Shown here: one piece after another, positions 28,060 to 42,087 of the stretch | Numbering within the stretch: position 1 is the first letter of the stretch | Layout: each line of letters begins with the position of its first letter | Source: Eledone cirrhosa | Lineage: Eukaryota | DNA: 64,000 bases | Direction: 5' to 3' | Assembly (NCBI GenBank): GCA_964016885.1 | Contig: OZ024743.1 | Span: forward strand, 347,324,001-347,388,000 | Made by a program: the position numbers and the translations under genes | The notes under the pieces: generated by a model | Seen by the model: the letters and a program-made list of their open reading frames with translations, nothing else | Databases searched by the model: none | What the model was told of the DNA's origin: nothing

Positions 28060-31000
28060 TCCCAGAGGGTTCGACCATAATTGTCGAGGACCTACGCTGC
28101 ATCGACATATCAGATATGCAATTGTAGGCAGTGTTAATATTCAAACTGATTCATCTTGTTAGATGACAACGTTCTCAAAATCATCTCAATCCCCCTAGTA
28201 ACTTTACTCACTCCCATGTTCGCGGAGGTGACCTTTCAAGGCAGCAACTGATTTATATGTTCTTTGGTAAAAGGAACAGTTGTATGCTAGTGTATATACT
28301 AGGTTTATTGGAAGTGGATGTAGAATTTCATGTTGATGAACTTTCGTATAGTGTTTTAACTCCGACGTTGTCTTACATATCTTGCCACATATTGGAAAAG
28401 TTGTTACATCTGGAGATGCAGAGAGATTTGACACATAATTTGATTGTTCATAGTTTACAATGCCTGTTTTAGAGAGAAGGACACGAGGACAGAAATTGTA
28501 ATTGCAATAATCAATATTTTCAAATCCTACCAACTCCGATAATTGATACCTTGTTTTAATTGCCATGCTCTATGTATTACAACCAAGAGCTTGTTTTTTC
28601 CCATCGACTTTTATCTAAACCCAGACATTTTACATTTTAATACAATCTTTGTGTATTTTCTTATGTTTATGCTGTCGGATTTTTCCTTGCACATACTCAC
28701 CATATAAGATATCCTTTGGATGCCTTACGTCATTTATGCGAACAAAATGCCACAAACAGCGCCTCCGACTAGTGATGATCAATGAACTGATTGTAGAGCA
28801 CCCTGATCTTTGTAAAACGACAATATTAGATGTCATTCTTCTTTATCCAAGGCAATTTTTTTCACAATCTTTCAAATATTTTCATATGCTGCTTGAGAAT
28901 GGTCCATGCTTCACAATAATACAACAAACTCTCAGCATACATGCCTCATATACAGTTATTTTTGTCCTATATGTTATGGCCCCTTCTGACCACACACTTT
29001 TCACTAATTTCAGAAATGTAAAACTTGCCTTCTGTACTCCAAGATGTATTTCTGTATCTTAACTCCCGTCCCTTGACAAACATCCACCACCACCATCCTA
29101 GTTCCATTCACATATACATTTCACACAACATAATCTTCCATTTGCTCTTAGTTAAGCTTACAAAGAGCTTAGTTAAGCTTACAATGAGCCAACAAAGAGC
29201 AAATGTACTGCTTGTCTGTTTCTGGGTGTACAACAAAGTCTGCATTATCAGCACACAAATGATTTAGAATTAACACATTAAAGATTTGCCCAGATATACG
29301 AAAATGTTGGTTTATAACTTAATTACAGTTGTGGAATTCATAAACACTGAGAATGTGAAAATATATTACAAATAATTTTGGAGCAAGGATGTCAACTTGT
29401 TTAACATCTTTGCTCACATACATATTTTCTGGGAGTTTTCTATTAAATACAACCCTCGTGTTTCCATGTAGTTTTTTGAAGATCTACAACAATTTTTGTG
29501 GACAGCCAATTTACTAATATTGATCTATAAAGCTTCTGTGTTGACTGCACCATAAGCCTTATTCAAGTTGATAAAAACTATTTAACCAAGCAGATCATAT
29601 CCACTGATCCTCTTACTGCTCTGAAACCAGAATTAGTTTCTGGAAGAACCAGCGGAAGATCTCGACTGGAATGCTATCTAAATCCTGGTTCCTTGCCTGA
29701 GTTTAACTGTGAGATTGCCATACACATTTCTTGAATAGTTGGTAGACTGTCCATTCATAATGTTATATCACACTGAAATATACTTTCTGTGTCATCAAAG
29801 TTGAGAATAGAAGGATTGTAAAAACTGTCTAAGAGATGTTCTCTGAGTTTTTTATAGAGAACCAAACAATGCCTCGATTGCAAATTGGCAAAGGAAGCTT
29901 AGTGATGACCAAATGATTGCCGTAATAAAGCATACAATGTTTTACTATCTTTACTATTAAAAGCAGCTTGATCTACTTGAGATATCCTTGGCCATGAATC
30001 GTTTTTTACATTTCTCAGTTCATGTTTTAATGTGGCTTTATATTATTTATATATCTTCCTGGTAGCAGGTCGGGTTGGGGGATTTTTATCCGATATCATT
30101 TCATAGAATGCCTGTTTTCTTTTCAGTAACTGGCTGATAATAAGATCGTTAATATCAAACCGACCATTATGTTTTTTAATACTGCTAGCCATTTTTTGCG
30201 TATATGAATATTTGTGTGCATGTGTGCATATGCATATGCATATATTTATATATATGCGCATAAAAATATAAACGTGCCAACACAGACACTCTTACATAAA
30301 TACACACTCACAGACATACATTCACATAAATACGCATATGTCTGATTTCTTACATCAGGCGTAAAAAGCGAGGCGAATTATGAGGTAGTCACAACAACAC
30401 TGGTAGCAGCACCCAGTTTTTGTTGATTTTACCATCCCCTTCCTTCCTTTTACACACACATACATTCACGCAAGCTGCAGACTTAAAGAGAGAGGAGTAG
30501 TATGAGGTAGTCAAACTACTCCTCTCACTTTACGTGTTGTGACAGAATCGCAGAAATGTACAGATAGATAACTAATTACATCTGTTTTTATGAAATATGC
30601 TTAGTCCTGAAAGTTTTCCCATTTTTCATCCAATTCTAGACGTCCGAATTAGGTTTGAAATTTACCAAACCCTGTCACTTGACTAGCATCAATACGATTG
30701 TGAATCTTGACCCCACTCATACGAACCTCCTTGCGGATACGGGATTTAAACTTTTCTCGCGCCAGCTTGTGATTTGTGTCACATTCTACACTACAAATCA
30801 TACGTACATTACAGACATCAGTAAGATCACGTTTACTGATGATGATGAAATCAATCATGTACTTATGCTTTAATCTCGGATGAGTTCATGCGTTTACGCT
30901 TGTGTATGAAGAAAGCGTTGGAAATCGTCAAACTGAGTTCTGAGCAAAGTTCAAGTAGCTTCAAACCATTTTTATTTTGGTTTGCTAATAACTTGCCGTC

Positions 31001-31230
31001 CATTACACATTCCACAGTCTTTTCCAATACATGCATTCTGTTTGTTAGTTCTGTTTATTCGGAGCAACTGGCTTTAAATTGCTAGTAACATTCTTTTTCA
31101 ATTCTAAAACTCCAACACGGGAATGTTAGTAGCTGGGCTTCGTTTGGATCATTTTAATATGAGTAGATTCACCGGCCTACTTCCACTCCGACAATAATAA
31201 ACATGCATATGTACGTACTGATGAACTTAT
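28060..31230 (-). mobile_element. Old, decayed RTE (BovB-like) LINE, interrupted around 30200-30580
   Basis: Minus-strand fragments IDFIIISKRD...CDTNHKL (APE end), RCLWHFVRINDVRHPKDILYGE (RTE C-terminus) and two degenerate C2H2-like fingers (ICGKICKT..LKH..VH; YKSVAALKGHLREH). Confidence 0.8.
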
Positions 31231-31812
31231 TTACACAGAGAAGTGCCCATATTGTTTAGCTAAATTTCCGAGACAAATAGGAAGAAACCACGACTGCTTT
31301 TGTTGTTGTTTTGCCCCTGGTTAACAGAACGATGAGTAAAAATCAAACTAGCCATGATCATCTCGGCCCATTTGTAGACACTATCTGTCTTACAATTAAG
31401 CGATGTGTTTTTAACCGGAGAATGTGAAATTATAGAATTTTATGTACTATTTTGAAAAGAGCCAGTTGCTACATCAACATCATAACGGTTTTTTAGGGTA
31501 AGTGACAGTGCATTAAGGAATATACACAAGAAGTTATCAACCTATAAGTTTGAGTAGAAGACAAGCTACAGAACGAAGGACAAAGAAATAATTAGCTAAA
31601 TATGTATCTAACGCAGATTCTCATATTCTTTGTAATACATAAGAAGAAGTTGCTTCACAATTCCGGATAGGGAGGGGAAGCTCTAGTAAAACCAGAACTT
31701 CTAGTAGTAAATCCATGAAGGTGGTCATCATGAAGCCCAAGGGTATACAACAGCCACTTGTTGTTTCAGGTCTTCAGCCTTAGGACAGTCCTGAATGAAA
31801 CGACCAATTATA

Positions 31813-31985
31813 TAATCGTTTCTACTTTTGGCACAAGGTCAGCAACTACCCCAGTGCACTACTGTTTTTATTTTATTTTATCGACCCCGTAATGAGGTAA
31901 GGCAAAGCTAATTTCGGTTGGATTTGAACTCATAACGTAAAGTATGGTGTCTGACGCTCTACCGATACGGGCAATTCACCGACCA
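31813..31985 (-). mobile_element. tRNA-derived SINE (dominant family, diverged)
   Basis: Match to the other copies. Confidence 0.85.
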
Positions 31986-32589
31986 ATTATATAATGCATT
32001 TGAACTATGACCATCATGACATTATCCCTAGACTATATATTGTCGACAGATGGGTTTGATTTTTAAGGAGGTTTGACTACTATTTCTAGCAACTCGACAA
32101 ACCAAGGTCAGGATTTATCTTTCAAAATTGGCGCCGTTTTAATCAGACCACCCAAGGGATCAAACCAGGTTTCTGTCCGAGTAATTACTAAAGGCACCCA
32201 AGGGACAGGTGTTGGTGTTAAACCAGGAGATATTGTTCAGCATGTATGAAAAATGGCTTGTAAATATCACCCATCCTCATTAATTACCGCAATAAAAGCA
32301 GCAAATGTTGTCCGTCCATACATTTTAGGGTAGAAGATAGTACTTTAAAATATATTATAATATATATTTCGGGGTGGTATAATCATTGAACAGCTTCCTT
32401 TGTTAGAGATAGTCCCAAAGCACTTACAAAGAGACGCGCATACACATACACATGGCATATCTCCAAAAACCAATGGTGTATTATACACATATTTATATTT
32501 ATAATATATATATACATACATACACTTATATATATATATGTGTGTATGTGTGTGTGTCCATGTATGCTTAGGAGAGCAAGCTCGTATTA

Positions 32590-32646
<57 letters not shown>

Positions 32647-33381
32647 ATGTTTTATGTGTGTGCATGTAAATATAGACTTCAACAAAGAGAACGAGATTGA
32701 TATAAATATATAGATACAAATACACACGCATGTATTTACATATACACACATACAACCCTATATACATATATACATACAAACAAACATACTTGCGAGGCAA
32801 ATATAAACAGACATACATTCATATATATTTACATACATACTTTGTCCATACATACGTACATAGAAACACTACCTATCTCAAACTCGCTAAGCTACATCTA
32901 TTCACGCCCACACAATCGAACGATATATGATTCAGTGGAGAAATGATATTTTGACGAAATATTTATCCTACGGCCCTACTATTATATTCAAACACCCCTT
33001 TCCTGATTCTGTATTATTTTGCTGCTAGCCATAAGTTTGGGTTTCAATTCAAATTTTTAGGGGGTTATTCACAGGCGACCGACGTCTTTCAATGGCAAGT
33101 TTCAATAAACGTGTTTTCCTCTATTTTAAAACGAACAAAGGCTCGCTTTGTCAACAATTTAATAGAGAATTACTTACCGCTCGCTATATGGAGCTAGCTT
33201 CTATAGAACAATATTTACTTATATATATTTACGTATGATGTATTTGTCTACACACACACATACATGCACATGTACAAACACACACACACACACACAAACA
33301 GGTATATATGTATATATATATATATATATAATTACAGACACACACACATGGGCACACACACACACACACACACACGCACAC

Positions 33382-33488
<107 letters not shown>

Positions 33489-33639
33489 ATAAGAAGTGCG
33501 CAAGTACCCGAGGCGTACGATAAAGATATATCCGTATGCCTACAAAGTGGGTAACCGCTACTGCACCAATCAATGTATATAAATACACACAATTCTGGCG
33601 CTACAACATATGACAAAAGACACGTGTCGTCAAATCAAG

Positions 33640-34130
33640 CCCCGACTGCTCATAACGATGCCACCCAGCTCCATTTTGTAAACGTGGTTGACGGCAGCAC
33701 CACCCAGTAACATGATTCATTTATCAGTAAAGTTTAGCGCGGCCAACTGGTCAGACCTTCCTCATAACGCGACCATCCAGATCCCAAAATAGAGTAGCAT
33801 TCTAGGTGTGTGCAATGTATAGTTTGGCCATCAGGCCAGACATGGCCTATCGTGACCACTCGTTAATACAGCTCCTCTATGAGTAAGGCTTGGCTTGGCC
33901 AACTGGCCCAAACTCCCAGATCCCAAATTATGGTTCCGATGTGAGCAGCGTACGGTGCGGAAAACTTGGTCAGAACCTTCCTCATAACGGCGCCATCGAG
34001 TTCCACACTGTAAATGTGGTTTCCGCTCTCAAACTATGGTTCCAAACTATGAGCAAGGTACAGCAGGGCCAAATGGCCAGTCCCTCCTCGTGACAGTGCC
34101 ATCCAGTTACACACTGTAAATGTGGTTACC
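33640..34130 (+). repeat. Degenerate tandem repeat array followed by a SINE-like 3' end and (GAT)n
   Basis: Recurrent CCTTCCTCATAAC..CCATCCAG and CACACTGTAAATGTGGTT motifs near 33650, 33757, 33915, 33976 and 34083. Confidence 0.65.
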
Positions 34131-34211
34131 GTCAGGAAGGGCATCCTGTTATAAAAACCGCGGCCAAATTTACAGTTCCGCATGAGCAAGCATGGATAAT
34201 GGATGTCAAAC

Positions 34212-34246
<35 letters not shown>

Positions 34247-34413
34247 CGATGATGATGATGTCTACATAGATACATACAAGTTAGCTATTATGCAGTACTG
34301 CTATACATTAATATATATTCGTCTGTATGTGTGTGTTTGTATTGTATTCTTCCCTAGTAGTATATACATTCATAGACACATCGAGCGATAACTATAGGTA
34401 TGTATATTTATGA

Positions 34414-34547
<134 letters not shown>

Positions 34548-34671
34548 GTGTGTGCGTGTGTGTGTGTGTGTATATATGTGTGTGTGTATATATGGTGTAT
34601 GTGATTCAGTTTTTTCACGGGTGGGTGGTACTAAAACAAGCACTCGACGCACAGAGTGTATGTATTAAGAA

Positions 34672-34973
34672 AAACGATAAGTTTCATTTACGAGTATTTT
34701 GTTTCTTTATTGTGTGTCGACCTGATCCATGCGTTTAGCTGAGGATTGGTTCATTTTCATCCATAGAAGCTATGGACCCGACTCAATTATCGATCTGCTC
34801 GTCAGAGTGGCAATTTGACAAACAATATATATTTTTGTTATCACCTGCTGATCGATAATGGAACCGTGTTCATAATTTATATGGCTGATCCTGAGCCAAT
34901 TGTCAGTGAAACGCGTGTAACAAGTCGATACGCAAAAAAAGTCTATATACATGCAAACGAAACTTCATCGTTT
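34672..34973 (+). mobile_element. Old fold-back element (family E) with a decayed HHR
   Basis: Diverged arms of about 130 bp (34672-34800 and 34845-34973); CTGA..CTGA/TCAG-T-GAAA-CGCG-T at 34885-34916. Confidence 0.65.
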
Positions 34974-35184
34974 ATATATATATATATATATTCATTAGTT
35001 AAGCAAAACAAGACCACAAATTTCACAAGGAAGACATTATTAAAAGATTGTCAACATATTTTAGTTTGATGTAAGGAATGTAGAGAATAATAATAATAAT
35101 ATTAATAATAATAATGTCCGTTTACAATTCTTTCGCTACTCCATATAATATTTCTGGATCAGATGACTATATATCATAATTGAT

Positions 35185-36887
35185 TAGCCCTAGCCACCAC
35201 CAGCTCGGACATAACCAATAATGAGATTAATATCATACTTATGGCTAGGCAGACTATCATTGAATTCTACGGAGCAATCTGGACTAGAAAAGATAGAACA
35301 GACAACTTTGACATTACGATGGGCTCAAGTGACTCCGCGCAAATCACCGATTTAGTTGGGATTTAACTATTACGTAACATCAGAGCCCAAATCCAACCCA
35401 TGCAAGGGGGAATATACAGGGACGACGCCCTATTTGCAGTCCACAATTGCACTAATCGGGGAATCGATTTGCTAAAGAAACAATAACATAGATTCTTCAA
35501 AAATAACGGTCTCTCTATCACCATCGAGCCGAACCATATAGTAGTAAACTTCCTAGACGTCTCCCTGGATCTCAACATTAACCTATATAACCCTTACCAT
35601 AAACCAGGTGAAATACTCACATATATTAGCCCACACTCTAACCACTCATCGGCAGTCATCAGGGCAGTAATCAAATCTATCTCCTCTAGGATCTCAAGGC
35701 TATCAGCAAATGAGGAGATATTTATAAACCACGCACAATATTATAATAAGGCTCTCTCTGAATCTGGTTATAAACAATCAATTTATTACATACCTAAATG
35801 CCATAACACAGCAATTCACCATAATAAACTTAACACTAGAACTAGAAATACCTTAGCATATAGCCAGATTCGCCGGAATTTTAGCAGTAACAGCACCTAT
35901 ATAGGGAACTTTAATGGCGGCAGCGGCCTGCTCCCCACTCCAAGTAGCAAACTAAAAAATCAACCCTAGAATTGGAATGAGAAATGGGATGACAAATAAC
36001 AAATCCCCAGGTAATAATAACCCTAGGAAGGCCCCTACCAACTCCACTAGAACCCCTAGAAGGAATAGACCTAGAAATATCACCTGGCTTAACCCCCCCC
36101 CCCCTCATTCTCATCTAATCTAGCCACTAATATCCCCAAACGCTTCTTCTCTATCCTATCTACCCCCCCCCCAAACATAGATATTACAACTCTTTAATAA
36201 AAATAACATTAAAATCTCATTCTACGCAACACCTAACCTAGCTAGCCACATCGCGTTCAGTAACCATCATAAGCTAAGACGGTATAACTCCCACACCGCG
36301 GTACCACCACCCCTATCAAATACACCACGCCACTACACCAATAATTACTCTACTAGCACACCTCCCCCATCTAATCCTTCTAGCACGGACCGACCGCTTA
36401 GGTTAAACAACCCTACTCTCACTAACCACAGAAGCAACTGCCGTTACCCCAATGCATGCCCATTAAATGGACACTGCCTGACACCCAACATAGTCTATAG
36501 GTGCACGGTTAAAACTGCTTCGAATACCAGCTCTTATATCGGGTTTACCTCTACCCCTTTTATGGTACGCTATAACGCGCATCTTTTTCCTTCCGAGACC
36601 CTAGCAACAGATGTTCGACTTCGCTAGCTAGGCTCATTAAACACCTTAAATTGAACAACGTTCAACACTCACTAAAATGCGATATCGTGGCTAGGGCCCG
36701 ACCTTTCAATGGACGAAGAAAATCTTGTGATCTCTGTATTACGAAAGCATATTACATAACTCTATCACGACCTCTACCGATTAACGATAGAACGGAGGTA
36801 ACTCTAAGCTGTCAACATCGAAGGGCTAATTCCTTCGCCAATGGCAGATCTCACACAATGCAGCCTCGACAGATGAATACTGCTTGA
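35185..36887 (+). pseudogene. PLE RT (C-terminal half), linker and GIY-YIG endonuclease, with stops and frameshifts
   Basis: FDITMGSSDSAQITDLVG, GIYRDDAL, NFLDVSLDL, CPLNGHCLTPNIVYRC...SYIGFT, CDLCITK and INDRTEVTLSCQHR. Confidence 0.92.
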
Positions 36888-36979
36888 TTATGGATGACAA
36901 CTGATGCAACCAAGACACCATAGTAAAAACCAATATATGGAACATTATATTATGTAACATTATCTCATTATTTTAATGA

Positions 36980-37160
36980 ATTGGCAGTATCGGTGGAGGG
37001 TCGGACACCATGCTTTCGAGCATAGTTACGTCCCTTTACGGCCTGAGTTCAAATCCCGCCGAGGTTAACTTTGCCTTTCATCCTTATGGGGTCGATAAAA
37101 TAAAGTACCAGTAATGTACTGGGTAATTGGCTGGCCTTGTGCCAAAAGTAGAAACAATTA
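36980..37160 (+). mobile_element. tRNA-derived SINE nested in the PLE 3' region
   Basis: Full match to the dominant family. Confidence 0.9.
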
Positions 37161-37674
37161 TTTTAATTTATATTCGTTTGAAATTCCGATGAACCACTCT
37201 GTCTTTTAAATATGTTAATTATTTTCAACTGAACCAGATCAATTATGATATATAGTCATCTGATCCAGAAATATTATATGGAGTAATGTACTGGGTAATT
37301 GCTGGCCCTGTGCCTAAAGTAGAAACAATTATATGGAGTAGCGAAAGAATTGTAAACGGACATTATTATTATTAATATTATTATTATTCTCTACATTCCT
37401 TACATCAAACTAAAATATGTTGACAATCTTTTAATACTGTCTTCCTTGTGAAATTTGTGGCCTTGTGTTGCTTAACTAATGAATATTTCCAGCTCTGCGC
37501 ACCTAACTTCTGCATGAATCCAGCCACCTAGCTGCTTTCTACTGCATATTGCACATTGAGCACATGCCTTTATGCTTTGGCTTCTAACTAATTCACCAAT
37601 CTCTCCTCTTATATCTCCATCTCTCTCTTTAAGATTGGTTACTCTTGAACTGTGTATATATATATAACTTCATC

Positions 37675-37760
<86 letters not shown>

Positions 37761-40700
37761 GATGCAGTTTCGGGTAAAATTACAAGGAAAATAATTTGAA
37801 AATGCAACTGGAGTCTTTTAAGCATGTTTATTTACTTTACTCGTTTCACCGTCCATGTGTAAAAGTAAAATATACTGATTTTGGCTAACTTCCTAATACT
37901 TGAAACATAAGATCGAAAGTTGTGTAATAATTAAAATAATATTATTGAATATCTATATGGACTGTTATTTCTAATTTTTATTTAATTCTCCAGCACTGAA
38001 TATGTTAACTTGTTTGTATTTTAGTTGGTGTTTCTGAATAATTTCTCATCTGTTCATAAGTTTCAGCTGAAGTCCAACCATATAAACCTCAACAAACTTT
38101 GAGACAGTTTTTATCATTTTATATGAATGTAACTTTCTAAACGCCCTCCACCCACACGTGCACACATATAACTGTGTTAACTTTAATCGGTTTCGGCCAG
38201 TATTTCTCCAGTCTATATCTTCTTTAACATGTCTTCGTCGATATCTAACACCTCGTACCAATTGCGAAATTGGCCAAATGGTTGATCAGTTAACGTATGT
38301 CAAAATGCCTTCCAATATTTCTTCTTGCTCTCTCTGATCTGAGTTCAAATAACTTCGTGATACATTTTGCCTTTCTTCCTTTCAAGATCGATAATTTAAA
38401 ATTATAGAGCAGGGGGGATATAAAAGGAATTGCTATGGTGTCTGACAAGATGGCTTACAGTTTTTCCTCTGGCTCTTCGTTTCTTGTCCGTTGTAACCTA
38501 ATTGGGGAGATGGCTTTCTCCGTCACCCGGTTTGATACAACCATCTGCAGCACCGATACTTATAATCCTTTTAATGGATTGCCCAGTATAGCATAACTTT
38601 GGCCCCGATTTTTGCTATGGGGACACCTTCATTCTTTTCTCTAATCACTGGTCTTTGTATATAGTGTAAGTTCTGTTCAATTTATCTCAACTGAATTCAT
38701 TTATTTATTTCATATAATTCTGTATGAATGCTTATGTGTAAATACATCGATTCTTCAATTACAGACCAATCTCCCTTCCAGCGATCTTACCATAAAACAA
38801 GCTGGTCGGTAAATGCCGGAAGAGATAATGAAAAGGTATCGGTTTTATATTAAATGAATTATTATTTTATTAAAGAAATCTGTAAAGGTATTTGGAAACA
38901 TTATCTTAGAAACTGTAAATTTGTTTCATTTTATAAAACACTTACCAACATCAACAATATATTCTATATTCATTAAAAGAATTTGCTGGATGAAAAGAGA
39001 AATAATATATATATATAAAGTTACATAATGAAGTTTTCTCAATATACGTTTGTAAGTCAAATCGATCGCTAAACAAGGAATAGTTGTTTATGAAAAGTAT
39101 GTATGTGCCATTCCATTAAAGATCTGTGAGAGTATATAAATGTATGTACTTTTGCAAGAGAGCGAATGGCATTTGGTTTCATAAAGTGTATGAGTATACA
39201 TATATGTGTATGTATCATTTTAGTAGTGTTGGGGTCTGTCTGTATATTTTTATGTGGGTGCGTATGCTGCCTACATTAGTGTTCCTTCATTCAATAAAGA
39301 CATCACCGTTACTGCTTAGTTTGTTTAAAATACATTTGTTATGGAGGTGTGGCTATGAGCGATGTGGTGTATGCATGTGTGCGTGTGTGTATGTGTGTGT
39401 GTGTATGTGTGTGTATGAAGTGTGTGTGTGTGTGAGCGTGTGTGCCTTTATGATAATGAAAGGCGGAGCAGTTATTGTGGTTTGTTTACTCTAATATTTT
39501 TTCCCTCTCATATATTGAACGCTTGACTGGTTTCATTTTTTTTATATATTTAGGTTTTCCAAAGTGAAACGCCCGCTTACAGATTATTCAAAATGCTATA
39601 AATACACATAGATATATCTACATACCTAAACCAACTACACATGTTCCAAACAATTCTTTCCATAGTTACTCCCAAATATTCAGTAACGGTGTTTTATGAT
39701 TTTCTTCCTCTTTTTAAAATTATTTCTTATATATAATTGATATGAAATATCAATCCAAAGATGCCAACTAAAATAAAATGCTATGAAATCTGAATATGCA
39801 AAACTGTTTTTGAATATTCATAGCTCGTAAATGTAGATTTATGGAGAACTACATTATCAACATCAACGAATGTATTTAATTTAATTTTAATGTTGTAATC
39901 GTTGAATATGATTAGAGATACATAAGGAGCAACGAAAACCAATGATGGCATCCAGTTTAGAGTATCAGCAATGGAAATTTTCCTTGTCGATCAGCTTCTT
40001 CCTTTTTAGGTAGAATTGAAAGTGATTCAGAGTCAACGAATACAACACTAATCCAGAATAGGTAGAATAACGGATTTTTTTGAATCGTCAGACATATGAT
40101 TTATTGCTTGAGTACAAATTCCGTGAATTTGGAAAGATTTGTCGACCCATCACATTTACTTTATCATATGTACACTCTGATGGCAGGACGAAAATGGTGT
40201 CGTATTACTATGAGAGAAAACGGTATCGGGTTCAACAGAACATTTGAAAATGAAACAAACTTTAAACCTCGCTCATAACTATGGAAGGACTGTGTCGCAT
40301 GCGCACAGATATACACACTCAAACAAACACAAACAAAAAGAGATATATTAAGTCGTATATTAAGATACGGTCATGTCCAATGCGAGGGATATTCTGGAAA
40401 TTCGAGCAGGCACAGAGAGAAAAAATGTCAGCGCATCGGCGCACACCTTAGGCAAGGAAAACATGTTTTAAACCGAATTTAAGTGTTTACACTCATTGTT
40501 TGTTTGATATCGTTATATATATAAATGTCCATTGCTTTAAGTAAATTACCTTCTTTTTACTTTTTATGATATTTAAATAACGGAACGATTTTTCAATGAT
40601 TTTCTTTCTGCATTCGGCATCTACACATAATTAAATATTAAATAGGTGAACTAAATCACTCAGTGGAGTTCATTTTGTAATTTGTTAACGCAACACAGAA

Positions 40701-41332
40701 CAGGCTATCAGTTATTCTAACTCGGGCATGTCATCCATATATTGTTATGTAAGCTTCCATGTATATCAACATAATCCGAATACTTTCATTCTATTTGCCA
40801 ACAACGGGGTTGTGTGTGCTCACATTGGATAAAATAACATTAGATGCGCGATGCTTGAAAAAAGCGATACTGTTACTGTTGAAATGCTTTTAAACATAGG
40901 TCTTCTAAATCAAAGCTGATATCTGTAAAAATAGCTCCAGCCAAAAGAGAACAATTATTCGGTAACTGACTGAATCTGCTAAAAAGACAAATCTTAGACA
41001 AATCCACACAAACAAGATGGGATGGTCATGACTGCCACGATTTGATCATAGGTTTGTTCTATCAATACTAACCTCGGGTTAAACAACACCCACATAATAC
41101 ATGATTAGAGTAGCAGTGGTGATGATGTGGCTTGTGGAGGTGTAATTTGTGTTTGTGGTGGTTGATGAAATATATTTTATCATAGTCAGGTAAAAATAAT
41201 CGTGAACAGAAATAAAATCACACAAAAGTGATAACAATTTTGGGTTTTAAGGCTCAAAACGGACTTTAAGTTTTTCCGTGTTTTCTTTCCTTTTCATATG
41301 TATATAACGTTCCATTGTATAACATATATTAC

Positions 41333-41543
41333 ATTGGCAGTATCGGTAGAGGGTCGGACACCATACTTTGCAGCATAGAGTTACGACCCTTTATGATCTG
41401 AGTTCAAATCCCACCGAGGTTAACTTTGCCTTTCATCCTTATGGAGTCGATAAAATAAAGTACCAGTCACTCACTGAGGTCGATTTACTCGACTGTCCCC
41501 GCCCCTAAAATTGCTGGCCTTGTGCCTATATAAGAAACCATTA
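41333..41543 (+). mobile_element. tRNA-derived SINE (longer-tail subfamily)
   Basis: Dominant-family body plus CACTGAGGTCGATTTACTCGAC. Confidence 0.88.
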
Positions 41544-41601
41544 TTTTTATGGTATATATATCAAATTTGCTTTCTTCTGTAGTGACTAGTTTTCTGTTTC
41601 A

Positions 41602-41780
41602 TTGGATTGGGAGTATCGGTAGAATGTCGGACCCATGCTTTGCAGCATAGAGTTACCCCCCTTTACGGTCTGAGTTTAAATCCCGCCGAGGGTAACTTTG
41701 CCTTTCAGGGGGACCTTAGCATAAAACAGCAGTAATGCACTGAGATAATTGCTGGCCTTGTGCTCAAAATAGAAACAATT
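41602..41780 (+). mobile_element. tRNA-derived SINE with an altered centre
   Basis: Dominant family with the private segment GGGGGACCTTAGCATAAAACAGC. Confidence 0.85.
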
Positions 41781-41904
41781 ATTAACATTAAATTTTGATT
41801 TGAGGTAGAGCTGGCTGTTTTTTCTAGTTGGCGCATATTTCATTATATCTTGTATCAAAGCAAAAATAATTTTCTAGAATGTTCCACAAGATTTGCATCA
41901 ACAA

Positions 41905-41983
41905 CAACAAAAAAGACACTCCTACCAACTCCATCAACAACAACATTGTTGCTGCTGCTGCTACAACTACTACTACTACCACC

Positions 41984-42024
<41 letters not shown>

Positions 42025-42087
42025 AACAACTGCTACTATTACTACTATTACAACAACAACAACAACAACTGCTTCTACTACTACTAG
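41905..42087. repeat. (CAA)n/(CTA)n/(CCA)n compound microsatellite
   Basis: Direct observation. Confidence 0.95.

Larger units (their letters stand above)
34988..37655 (+). mobile_element. 5'-truncated Penelope-like element with an inverted pseudo-LTR
   Basis: Inverted arms 34988-35184 and 37238-37486, RT and GIY-YIG remnants between them, a 3' tail, and duplicated target AACTTCATCGTTTA(TA)n at 34961 and 37666. Confidence 0.92.

Noticed and set aside
28204-28566. Host C2H2 zinc-finger gene
   Set aside because: The fingers are degenerate and collinear with the RTE C-terminus.
33640-34130. CRISPR array
   Set aside because: Eukaryotic context, degenerate irregular units and no cas genes.
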